In this document: positions 10,341 through 18,049 of the stretch, one piece after another | Layout of the letters: every line of letters begins with the position of its first letter | How positions within the stretch are numbered: position 1 is the stretch's first letter | From: Demequinaceae bacterium | GTDB lineage: Bacteria > Actinomycetota > Actinomycetes > Actinomycetales > Demequinaceae | Assembly (NCBI GenBank): GCA_965250005.1 | Contig: OZ252279.1 | Coordinates: 840,001 to 872,000, forward strand | Reading direction: 5' to 3' | DNA length: 32,000 nucleotides | Made by a program: the position numbers and the translations under genes | The notes under the pieces: model-generated | Database searches by the model: none | What the model saw: only the letters and a program-made list of their open reading frames with translations | Told to the model about the DNA's origin: nothing

Positions 10341-10416
10341 TGGTAGCCCCGACGGGATTCGAACCCGCGCTACCGCCTTGAGAGGGCGGCGTGCTAGGCC
10401 GCTACACAACGGGGCC
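10341..10416 (-). tRNA. tRNA-Glu (anticodon CTC)
   Basis: Reverse complement GGCCCCGTTGTGTAGCGGCCTAGCACGCCGCCCTCTCAAGGCGGTAGCGCGGGTTCGAATCCCGTCGGGGCTACCA; anticodon stem CCGCC/GGCGG with loop CTCTCAA; GGTTCGAATCC T-arm; encoded CCA. Confidence 0.95.
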
Positions 10417-10564
10417 CTAGCGGTCCGGAGCGAATGCTCTCGAACGCGACTACACAGATTACCGCATTGACGCCGAGCCCCGCGACAATGCAGGCGATCG
10501 TCGCGTCGCGAATCCGAGTTGGGCAGTTAAGCACCACCCGAGTCCGGGTACTTCAGCAACGCGA

Positions 10565-10612
10565 AGTACCGCGCACGGCCACCGATGCGGATTCGCGGCC
10601 GTGCGCGGTACT
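10565..10612 (-). terminator. strong stem-loop downstream of the module 2 membrane-protein gene
   Basis: 16-bp perfect inverted repeat AGTACCGCGCACGGCC / GGCCGTGCGCGGTACT with 16-nt loop; no U-tract. Confidence 0.6.
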
Positions 10613-10627
10613 AGCTCTTGCGCGTTC

Positions 10628-11470
10628 CTACTGTTCGGCCAACCACTCCGCGTAGCCGGTCGCGTGGCCGGCGTCATACCCGGCAACCCAGCCCGCGTTG
10701 TAGCCGTTTACGAAGGCCACCGAGCCGCTATTGGTCGGCGGTGCATTGTCAGGCGCCTCGCCCGCTCGGCCATCCGCGTAGCCTTGCCAGTCACCTTCAT
10801 GTACGCCCTCGCCGTGTCCCAGGTTGTAGTCCCAGTCTGCGAGCGCGGCTTGGCCAGCGGCGTAGCCGTCATCGTACTTACTCCGCCAACCTGCCTGCCA
10901 ACCTGCAATGTAATCTGCCGAAGACGAGCAATCGTCAGGGGTGTCGTCGAATCCATTGTTGTCGTGGCCGTCCTGGTAGCCGGCCGCGTGCCCGTAGGAT
11001 TCGCCGTCGGCGAATCCGCTCGCGTATTCCTCAGACGGGTCCTGCGTGGGGACGGGGTCCGGGTGCGGGTCGGGGTCCGGGTGCGGGTCGGGATCGCTCG
11101 CGGTTTCACCCTCTGGAGCGGGCTCGTGCGTCTCCGTTTCCGGTTCTTCCGCGACGTGAGTGGGCGCTGGGCTGGGTGTGTGCTCAGCAACCTGATGCGG
11201 GTCGGGATCGGGGCTGTGTGTTGCACTCGGCGCGGGCGTCACGGATCCGGCAGCTATGTCGCCGCTTGCCTGGACGATGTTGGCCACCGCCATGCCGCCA
11301 AGCAACAATCCAGCGCCCACCGCGAGCGCCCCACCGCCGAGTTCCGCATGCTTGACCAAGCGGCCGCGGCGTGCCGCGCCCATCAGTTTCGCATCGGACG
11401 TATGCGCGCCCGGCTTCTGGTGCGCCGCGTCGCTCGCCATTTCTTCCATCATGTCGTGGATATTCTTCAT
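10628..11470 (-). CDS. single-TM protein with Tyr/Trp-Gly-repeat extracytoplasmic domain, putative anti-sigma or sensor (module 2)
   Basis: ATG at 11470 (MKNIHDMMEEMASDAAH...); TM region ARRGRLVKHAELGGGALAVGAGLLLGGMAVANIVQA; Pro/Glu/Asp-rich stalk; C-terminal YASGFADGESYGHAAGYQDG...NGYNAGWVAGYDAGHATGYAEW. Confidence 0.78.
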   Translation of the reverse strand: MKNIHDMMEEMASDAAHQKPGAHTSDAKLMGAARRGRLVKHAELGGGALAVGAGLLLGGMAVANIVQASGDIAAGSVTPAPSATHSPDPDPHQVAEHTPSPAPTHVAEEPETETHEPAPEGETASDPDPHPDPDPHPDPVPTQDPSEEYASGFADGESYGHAAGYQDGHDNNGFDDTPDDCSSSADYIAGWQAGWRSKYDDGYAAGQAALADWDYNLGHGEGVHEGDWQGYADGRAGEAPDNAPPTNSGSVAFVNGYNAGWVAGYDAGHATGYAEWLAEQ

Positions 11471-12015
11471 CACTTGCCTCCATTTCCTAGGGCCACGCGC
11501 GCGGTTTCCCGCGGCGCAGCGTCGACCGCATCGCTTCCCAGCCGGACCCTGAGCTTGCCCGAAGCGTTGAAGACATATCGCTTCACCGTGCCTTCGGCGA
11601 GCTTCAGCGCGACTGAAATCTGTGGGGTTGTCATGTCCTCGAAGTACTTGAGCACGATGCACGCGCGTTCCTGGGGGCTGAGCCCCGCGAGCGCGCTGTG
11701 CAGATCCGCATGAGCGCCTACCCAGCCGTCATGACTTTCCGAAGCCTCGGGCAAGGCAATCGTCGCTTTCTTGGCGTTCGCGACGTTCGCCCGCCGAGCC
11801 CGACTGATTACTTCATTGGCGATTGCCCGCTTCACGTAGGACTCGGCTGAATCCACGGTGGTTTTCGACCGCCCGCGCACGAATGCCTTGACGATCGCTT
11901 CTTGAGCAACTTCCTCGGCGTCGGCCATCGAACCGGTCAAGAGATAGGCGTAGCCCACAAGCGCGCGACGCCGGTCGCGCACGACGCGCTCCATCACACT
12001 GTGCCAACTCTCCAT
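11470..12015 (-). CDS. RNA polymerase sigma factor, ECF-like (module 2)
   Basis: MESWHSVMERVVRDRRRALVGYAYLLTGSMADAEEVAQEAIVKAFVRG...; LSPQERACIVLKYFEDMTTPQISVALKLAEGTVKRYVFNA. GGAGG before ATG at 12015. Confidence 0.88.
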   Translation of the reverse strand: MESWHSVMERVVRDRRRALVGYAYLLTGSMADAEEVAQEAIVKAFVRGRSKTTVDSAESYVKRAIANEVISRARRANVANAKKATIALPEASESHDGWVGAHADLHSALAGLSPQERACIVLKYFEDMTTPQISVALKLAEGTVKRYVFNASGKLRVRLGSDAVDAAPRETARVALGNGGK

Positions 12016-12333
12016 CGTGACCTCCGCTAGTGGTGCTCTCGTGTACTTAGACGCCACAGGTACACGATTGGTTGTATTGGCCCTCAAGTTTGCCGTGCGC
12101 GGCTTGGCCATCAAATTTCTTTGAGAAATGGTGAATCAAGGCCGGAGCACAGCAACCTAGCCGACGAACGTTCAGAAGTCGCATCCGGCTGCGACGCCCG
12201 CGGCATTGCGTTTCCTGGCGTTGACGGAAGCAAGGTTGGCGCGGTTCGAAGCCATAATCACCCGCGATAAGAACTGGGAGGCGCACCACATCCCACAAAC
12301 TGCCATGTCCCGGCCGGCCACCCATAGATAAAG

Positions 12334-12358
12334 AAAAAGGCCCGCCGAAGCGGGCCTG
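12334..12358 (-). terminator. rho-independent terminator downstream of tRNA-Gln
   Basis: Minus-strand AGGCCCGCTTCGGCGGGCCTTTTT: 7-bp GC stem, TTCG loop, T-tract. Confidence 0.85.
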
Positions 12359-12366
12359 AAACAAAG

Positions 12367-12438
12367 CTGGGGTACCAGGACTCGAACCTAGACTAAGAGA
12401 ATCAGAATCTCTCGTGCTGCCAATTACACCATACCCCA
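12367..12438 (-). tRNA. tRNA-Gln (anticodon CTG)
   Basis: Reverse complement TGGGGTATGGTGTAATTGGCAGCACGAGAGATTCTGATTCTCTTAGTCTAGGTTCGAGTCCTGGTACCCCAG; anticodon stem AGAGA/TCTCT with loop TTCTGAT; acceptor TGGGGTA/TACCCCA. Confidence 0.94.
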
Positions 12439-12577
12439 ATGGCCCCAACCGGAGTCCGGGCCGAGGCACCACTTTAGCGCCTCCGCGGTTGGCGCCCAAC
12501 CACAGCAGGTGCCTCCGGCCTCGGCGGTGACCGGCGCGCGCAGGGAAAAGGCCGCCGAGCGCGCCGCTCGCGGAACC

Positions 12578-13771
12578 CTAGAAGGTCTCGGCGTAGGCCG
12601 CCACACCCGCTGCGTACCCCGGGCCGTAGCTCGAGAGATAGCCGTCGGAGTAGCCATTCTGGAACGGGTACCAACTACCCCACTCGCTCTCTGGGTAGAA
12701 TTCGTTGCGTCCGTCCGGGGCATCGTCGCGGCTTCCGAAACCGTCGTCGTACCCGTCGGCGTAGCCATCGGCGGCGCCCGCGACCCAGCCATCATCGTAG
12801 GCCTTGTCGATCAGTGCCGCGAGGTGAGCCACTCCCTCCGCGTAGCCATCGGCGTACCCGATTCCGTAAGAAGCCTGGAAGCCAAGGCGCAGCCACTCTC
12901 GTTCGATCTCCGGTACCGATGCGTTGTAGTCACGGTCATTTGCGCCGTCATCGTAACCCTCCTCGTAGCCCCACTCCAGGCCCAATGCGTAGCCAGCTAC
13001 GTAGTCGTCTTCAGCCTCTTGCTCGCCGTGGGCGTACGCGTCCGCGTACGTCGCGGCGTACCCGGCTGCGTAGCCATCGCGGTAGGCCTCAGAACCATCG
13101 CCAACCTCAAATGACGCGTCGAACTCGTTGCCGTGGTATCCGTCTTGCACGCCTTGCTCTGACGCGGCGCCACTACCCGCTTCGTAGCCGTCGGCGTAGC
13201 CGCCGTCACCCTCTGGCGCGGGCTCGTCGTTCGGCTCGTCGTTCGGCTCGTCGTTCGGCTCGTCGTTCGGCTCGTCGTTCGGCTCGTCGTTCGGCTCGTC
13301 GTTCGGCTCGTCGTTCGGCTCGTCGTTCGGCTCGTCGTTCGGCTCGTCGTTCGGCTCGTCGTTCGGCTCGTCGTTCGGCTCGTCGTTCGATTCCGTCTGA
13401 CCGTCGCCTTCGTGTTCGTCTGCGTCAGTTTCTGTCGGGTGGTCAGGCTCGGGTTCATCATGCTCGGTTGCTTCGTTCTCTTCCTTCTCAACTTCTCGGT
13501 TCTCAAGTTCGTCGAGCCAGTCCTCGAATACATGGCCAGGGTCGTCGACACTGTTTGCGTCGGCGGCGTCTACGATGTTCGCAACGGCGACGCCGCCAAA
13601 GATGAGGCCGACAGACGCGACGAATGCCATCCCCGCGAGCCCCGTGGCCCACCTGGCGCGACTGCGGCGCGCTTGATCGATCAGTTCGACCCCGTCCGTG
13701 GCCGCCTTGGCCTTGTGCTCGGCGCCCGCTGCCGTAGCTAGGTCGCTCAGCGCACTGTTCATGTCGTTCAT
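12578..13771 (-). CDS. single-TM protein with NDEP-repeat stalk and dense GYxxG-repeat extracytoplasmic domain (module 3)
   Basis: TM segment ARRSRARWATGLAGMAFVASVGLIFGGVAVANIVDAAD; (NDEP)14; C-terminal GYADGYEAGS...GYRDGYAAGYAATYADAYAHG...; start ATG at 13771 overlaps the sigma stop as ATGA. Confidence 0.82.
   Translation of the reverse strand: MNDMNSALSDLATAAGAEHKAKAATDGVELIDQARRSRARWATGLAGMAFVASVGLIFGGVAVANIVDAADANSVDDPGHVFEDWLDELENREVEKEENEATEHDEPEPDHPTETDADEHEGDGQTESNDEPNDEPNDEPNDEPNDEPNDEPNDEPNDEPNDEPNDEPNDEPNDEPNDEPNDEPAPEGDGGYADGYEAGSGAASEQGVQDGYHGNEFDASFEVGDGSEAYRDGYAAGYAATYADAYAHGEQEAEDDYVAGYALGLEWGYEEGYDDGANDRDYNASVPEIEREWLRLGFQASYGIGYADGYAEGVAHLAALIDKAYDDGWVAGAADGYADGYDDGFGSRDDAPDGRNEFYPESEWGSWYPFQNGYSDGYLSSYGPGYAAGVAAYAETF
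13221..13388. repeat. perfect 12-bp tandem repeat, 14 copies (unit GGCTCGTCGTTC), in frame (NDEP)14
   Basis: 168 bp of uninterrupted identical units read directly. Confidence 0.97.
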
Positions 13772-14316
13772 CGCGTTCCTCCATCTTTGACTGCCACGCG
13801 GATAAGTTCCCGTGGTTCCGGATCAGCCATCGTGCTTCCCAGGGTGTCGCGGAGTTTCTCGGCCGCGTTGTGCAGGTAGCGCTTGACCGTGCCCGCCGAG
13901 AGCCTGAGCTCATCTGCGATTTGCGCCACTGTCATATCCTCGAAGTACCGCATAACTACGCACGCTCGTTCTTGCGCGCTCAATCCGGCAAGGGCCTTGT
14001 GAATGTCTGCGTGGACTCCTACCCACGTCTCGTGACCGGGCTCCGACTCCGCTGCAGCGAGGGCGGCGCTTCTTGCGGCAGCGACCTTTCGGTGCCGGGC
14101 ACGGTTGATCGTTTCGTTGACGATTGCCCTCTTGATATACGCTTCCGCGGTCTCGACTTCCCTCTTGGCCCGCCCACGAGCGAAAGTCTTGACGATCGCG
14201 TCCTGCGCAATCTCCTCGGCTTCGGACATTGACCCCGATACCAAGAACGCGTAACCCACAAGCGCATGGCGACGCTCGCGAACGATCCGCTCCATCACCT
14301 CGGCCCAACTAGTCAT
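13768..14316 (-). CDS. RNA polymerase sigma factor, ECF-like (module 3)
   Basis: MTSWAEVMERIVRERRHALVGYAFLVSGSMSEAEEIAQDAIVKTFARG...; LSAQERACVVMRYFEDMTVAQIADELRLSAGTVKRYLHNA. GGAGG precedes ATG at 14316. Confidence 0.88.
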   Translation of the reverse strand: MTSWAEVMERIVRERRHALVGYAFLVSGSMSEAEEIAQDAIVKTFARGRAKREVETAEAYIKRAIVNETINRARHRKVAAARSAALAAAESEPGHETWVGVHADIHKALAGLSAQERACVVMRYFEDMTVAQIADELRLSAGTVKRYLHNAAEKLRDTLGSTMADPEPRELIRVAVKDGGTR

Positions 14317-14496
14317 GCGCGCCTCCGTCGACTGTCCCTTCACTAAGACAGACACCGTAACGCCGCTTTTCGTTGTAGCCCAAGTCTGTGAGGTTTCTCA
14401 CACGCGCTCCGCCAGCCGCGCACAACCCTTAGATCGGCGTGCCGCGTGGGACGCGCCAGCGGCCCGCCTGCGCCGGGTCTCTCGCCAGGTCTCGTT

Positions 14497-15273
14497 CTAA
14501 TCGTCTTCGTCGTCTTGAGGGCCCCGGGAATCCTTCTTCGACTTGTCCTCGCTCTTGCCGTTCCCCTGGTTTTCGGGTCCTTGCGCATTCCCTTGCGCAT
14601 TCCCTTGCGCATTCCCTTGCGCATTCCCTTGCGCATTCCCTTGCGCATTCCGGCCGCTAGAGGAATTTGCGTCACCGGCATTCGCTGAAGAGCCCTCCGC
14701 TCGACCCGGGTTTTGCGCCCCGTGGGTCTTCGATTCATCGACGAACCCATCCACGTACCCATCGGCGAAGCCCCGCTGGTATCCCTCCTCATACGTAACG
14801 CCATCCTGGGCCGCGACGCGAGAAACCATGTCCGAGTCGATTCGCTCCGTCAGGCTCGCGCCGTAGATCAATCCCTCGGCATAGCCGTCTAGGTATCCCG
14901 CTGCAAGGCCTGCCTCAAACTCGTCAATCCCGTCGGAGTGCTCCGCGTTGCGGAGCGCCTGAAGCGCGGGGCCGACGCTACTCGGGTTGACCGTAGGAGG
15001 CGCGCTAGGGCCAAGGGAGGCTGCGTGCTCTGGGAGTTCAATGCTCGTCGCAGCTTGCGCACCCTCCGTCGAGGTCACCGCCGCAATCGCGGCGGAGCCG
15101 ATAGCCACCCCCACAACGCTGGCCAGAGCGGCGCTCGCGACTGCCGTGAGTCGCATGGCCTTGCCGCGCCTCACTGCCCGCACAACTTCCGTACCATCGT
15201 CCTCGGTCATGATCCGCGTACGGGTAGCGGCCGCGCGCGACAAACCCGAGAGCCTCTCACCCAAGATTCTCAT
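14497..15273 (-). CDS. single-TM protein with GYxxG repeats and NAQG-repeat tail (module 4)
   Basis: VRRGKAMRLTAVASAALASVVGVAIGSAAIAAV TM; FEAGLAAGYLDGYAEG...YEEGYQRGFADGYVDGFVDE; (NAQG)~6; acidic/charged C-terminus; ATGA overlap with the sigma gene. Confidence 0.78.
   Translation of the reverse strand: MRILGERLSGLSRAAATRTRIMTEDDGTEVVRAVRRGKAMRLTAVASAALASVVGVAIGSAAIAAVTSTEGAQAATSIELPEHAASLGPSAPPTVNPSSVGPALQALRNAEHSDGIDEFEAGLAAGYLDGYAEGLIYGASLTERIDSDMVSRVAAQDGVTYEEGYQRGFADGYVDGFVDESKTHGAQNPGRAEGSSANAGDANSSSGRNAQGNAQGNAQGNAQGNAQGNAQGPENQGNGKSEDKSKKDSRGPQDDEDD
14581..14650. repeat. perfect 12-bp tandem repeat, ~5.8 copies (unit TTGCGCATTCCC), encoding NAQG repeats
   Basis: Read directly; 5 full units plus 10 bp. 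Confidence 0.95.
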
Positions 15274-15818
15274 TGCCCAACCCCGGTTCGTAGCGCTGCG
15301 CGGATCATCGCATGCTGGTCGCGCGGCTGACTGGACGCTTCTAGAGAGGTCTCAATTTTCGATATGGCGTTCTCCATGTAGCGGTCCACGGTCGTGACGG
15401 ACAGCCGCGTAAGAGCGACGATTTGAGCAGTCGATCGCTGGTCCACGTATCGAAGCACCACGCACGCTCTCTCCGCGACAGTCAATTCCTCGATCGCGTC
15501 GTGAACATCGGAGTGTATTCCCATCCACGGTTCACTTCTTCGCGTTGGAATCCGCCCCGTCAAGGATGCTCCGCGAGACTTTTGCGCGGGGTCGCGGCGC
15601 GCACGGTCAACAAGGCTCTTAACGATTCGGGCCTCAATACGGTCCTCGGCATCGCGGACGGTGAGACCGCTCTTGGCGCGGGAAAGAATTCCGACGATCG
15701 CGTCTTGCGCTGCCTGTTCCGCGTGGGGCATGGACCCGCAGATGAGAAAGGCGTAGCCCACGAGGGAGGGCCGACGCTCGCGCGCGATGGCCTCGATGAC
15801 TCCTGGCAACTCTGCCAT
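15270..15818 (-). CDS. RNA polymerase sigma factor-like, divergent (module 4)
   Basis: MAELPGVIEAIARERRPSLVGYAFLICGSMPHAEQAAQDAIVGILSRA...; LTVAERACVVLRYVDQRSTAQIVALTRLSVTTVDRYMENA. Confidence 0.78.
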   Translation of the reverse strand: MAELPGVIEAIARERRPSLVGYAFLICGSMPHAEQAAQDAIVGILSRAKSGLTVRDAEDRIEARIVKSLVDRARRDPAQKSRGASLTGRIPTRRSEPWMGIHSDVHDAIEELTVAERACVVLRYVDQRSTAQIVALTRLSVTTVDRYMENAISKIETSLEASSQPRDQHAMIRAALRTGVGQ

Positions 15819-15915
15819 GAGGTGCTCCTCAGGGAACGCAACCCCCACCGGGTCGCTAGTTTAGGCTAGCGCGCACCACAGACAAGTGCAGGGTGAGGCG
15901 CCCCGATCATACCGT

Positions 15916-16155
15916 TTACAACAATATATCCACGACAGATGTGAGAGATTTCACACGGTCCACGCGGGCGTCCGTGACCTCTTGTTCAGGGACCGACGGC
16001 CAGTTTCCGACGCGTTCACACCAGACGCCGCGTAGCCCGGGAGCCTTGGACGCCACCGCGTCGATGTCGAACTCGTCGCCGACGTACATGGTTCGCGCCG
16101 GGTCAGTATTGAGCCAGCGGCACGCCTCGAGGTAGACGCGCGAGTCTGGCTTGCC
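15916..16155 (-). pseudogene. HAD-like hydrolase C-terminal remnant, paralogous to the gene at 18050-18856
   Basis: GKPDSRVYLEACRWLNTDPARTMYVGDEFDIDAVASKAPGLRGVWCERVG aligns with GKPDPRVFLLACEKLGTEPGQTLYVGDEFDIDGLGALNAGLQSAWLDRPG; no HAD N-terminal DxDxT motif found in frame upstream. Confidence 0.65.
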
Positions 16156-16395
16156 GAATCCTCTTCCAACACAGCCGAATGAACGGGTTTGCCGGACTCC
16201 GGGCACAGCCCTACCGACACTTCCCAAGGCCAGGCAATCCGCCCGAAACTTCCCTGGCAAAGGGCGTCTCTTACTGCGCAGGAGGCAGTTCGAAGTTGTC
16301 CCACCAGTGGTCCATATAGATTTCGACGGCTCGGGCGTAGGTTCTCGACCACGATGACCAATGCGCCCCCCAGCCGCAGGAACAACGCGGCCGCA

Positions 16396-16429
16396 CTGTG
16401 GGTCGCGCACGTCTGCGCACGACCCACAG
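16396..16429. repeat. inverted repeat / stem-loop just 3' of the DGGH-motif gene
   Basis: CTGTGGGTCG CGCACGTCTGCGCA CGACCCACAG: 10-bp perfect arms with a partly self-complementary interior. Confidence 0.8.
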
Positions 16430-16437
16430 CAAGATCC

Positions 16438-17820
16438 CTAGTGGTTCGCGCGCCGCAGGACCGACTCAAAAACATTCTGTGCGAGCCGGTAAACCTCGAT
16501 CGACTTGCCGAACTTCTGCGGGTCATAGTCGAGCGGAGCCATGAAGAGCGAGATCTGCGGCACGATCTCGGCAAGGTGCTTCTTCAGGAAGTCGGCAGGG
16601 TCTACCTTCCAACGCACCGTCTCCCCATCGACTTCAAGGAGCGCACGAAGACCGTATACGTACGGCCAGATGAAGCCCTCGGGCACCCGCCACTCAACAT
16701 TCGTACCCGTGAATGGCGTGACGTGCTGGATCTTGGAGTTCTGATTCATCTTCTTGTTGGCGGTGATCCGGCCCCACTTGCCACTCGCCTCGCTGTTGTA
16801 GAGACCGGGCACATTCGCGTAGATGTAGTCAAACAACTGCGGCATCTTGACCGCGACATCCAACGCGGACTTCACCGAGATGCTCGCAGGCACCTTGGCT
16901 GTCTGGCCAGGAGGAAAGACCTCCTGAGAAGACATGAGGCGCTCGAAACGGGAGACGCAGTCCCCCTTGCTCCGATAGAGGTTCTGAGGAACGGGAGCAG
17001 AGACTTCGCGCTCCTCGGAGTCCTTCGGCAGTTCCTCAACCACACCGAGCGGAACCCACGCGAGCGCGACGATATCGCCAACCTTGATCTTCCCACCCTC
17101 GTTGGTCTTCCACTCCACGTTCTGTGAGACGTCCTTCTGAAGGACTTCCTTGAGGTAGTCGAAGTAGCCCGCCTGGTTCGCCTTGGCCTCAATGCGCAAC
17201 TGCACGTTGTTGTTGCGCGCCGAGCAAATGGCGATGAGGGAGTCGTTGAAGGCGTCGACGGCGATCGGATCCTCAGGCTCCGACGGCACAATAAGTTCGA
17301 CGGGGACGAGAACATCCAGTTCAGGCGCAACGTCCTGTTGCGCCTTCACGCGGGTCTTGAGCGCACGCAGGGCTTCCGATTGCGCGTTCCAGAGGTCTCG
17401 GAACGCGAGCCAGTTCTTCGCCCCGCGAATATCCTTCTCGTTCACACCGGCAACCCGAAGCAGAAGGCGGCCGATCTCAAGCGAGTTGTGCCCGCCGTCA
17501 AGGATGCCCTCAAGCCGCGGCTCAACCACGCTGATCTCGTAACGGCCACGATCCCGCCGCGTGTACTTCGCGGATGCGAGGAGGATGCCCTTCGTCTTCA
17601 GGGGGAAGATGTCTGGAGTTTTCTCGATCGACTCTGCAATTGCGTCCGTCACGGACCCAACGCGCGCCGACCGGGGATTCGCATCGAGATCCACAACTTC
17701 GAGGATGTCAATGAAATTCTTGATCCGTACCATCCCCATGACTCGGACGATGTGATCAATTTCCTGTTCGAAGCTGTGCTCGAACTTGATGGTTACTGCG
17801 GTTTCAATAGAAGGCTTCAT
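16438..17820 (-). CDS. uncharacterised protein with a DGGH motif (possibly DGQHR/AIPR-like)
   Basis: Start trimmed to ATG at 17820 (MKPSIETAVTIKFEHSFEQEIDHIV...); YTRRDRGRYEISVVEPRLEGILDGGHNSLEIG; Lys/Asn-richer composition than its neighbours. Coding call strong, family call weak. Confidence 0.8.
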   Translation of the reverse strand: MKPSIETAVTIKFEHSFEQEIDHIVRVMGMVRIKNFIDILEVVDLDANPRSARVGSVTDAIAESIEKTPDIFPLKTKGILLASAKYTRRDRGRYEISVVEPRLEGILDGGHNSLEIGRLLLRVAGVNEKDIRGAKNWLAFRDLWNAQSEALRALKTRVKAQQDVAPELDVLVPVELIVPSEPEDPIAVDAFNDSLIAICSARNNNVQLRIEAKANQAGYFDYLKEVLQKDVSQNVEWKTNEGGKIKVGDIVALAWVPLGVVEELPKDSEEREVSAPVPQNLYRSKGDCVSRFERLMSSQEVFPPGQTAKVPASISVKSALDVAVKMPQLFDYIYANVPGLYNSEASGKWGRITANKKMNQNSKIQHVTPFTGTNVEWRVPEGFIWPYVYGLRALLEVDGETVRWKVDPADFLKKHLAEIVPQISLFMAPLDYDPQKFGKSIEVYRLAQNVFESVLRRANH

Positions 17821-17878
17821 CAGATGAGCCCCCTTCCCCTGCTGTTGCAGGCGTAGGGGTGCACAGAAAACGGGCATG

Positions 17879-17906
17879 AAAAAACCGCCTCGTCATAGAC
17901 GAAGGC
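17879..17906 (-). terminator. putative rho-independent terminator
   Basis: Minus strand CCGCCTTCGTCTATGACGAGGCGGTTTTTT: imperfect stem followed by T6. Confidence 0.55.
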
Positions 17907-18049
17907 GGCGCTCACGTATCCGTGGTCGCCGTGCACCTGTCCAGGCGTACATTCCGGCCACCCATCCGGGTGACCTCCGTCCAGCATACCGCATCGGCAA
18001 GGAATTGTGAGGCCCTACCGTGTGTCGTCTCGTGAAGCGTCTACCCGCG

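Noticed and set aside
12047-12499. 150-aa minus-strand ORF across tRNA-Gln
   Set aside because: Overlaps the tRNA and terminator; no domain signature.
12814-13605. 263-aa plus-strand ORF with (SARR)n
   Set aside because: Frame shadow of the 12-bp array; the opposite strand has a coherent TM protein coupled to a sigma gene.
16189-17127. 312-aa plus-strand ORF
   Set aside because: Antisense to the DGGH-motif gene; no recognisable domain.
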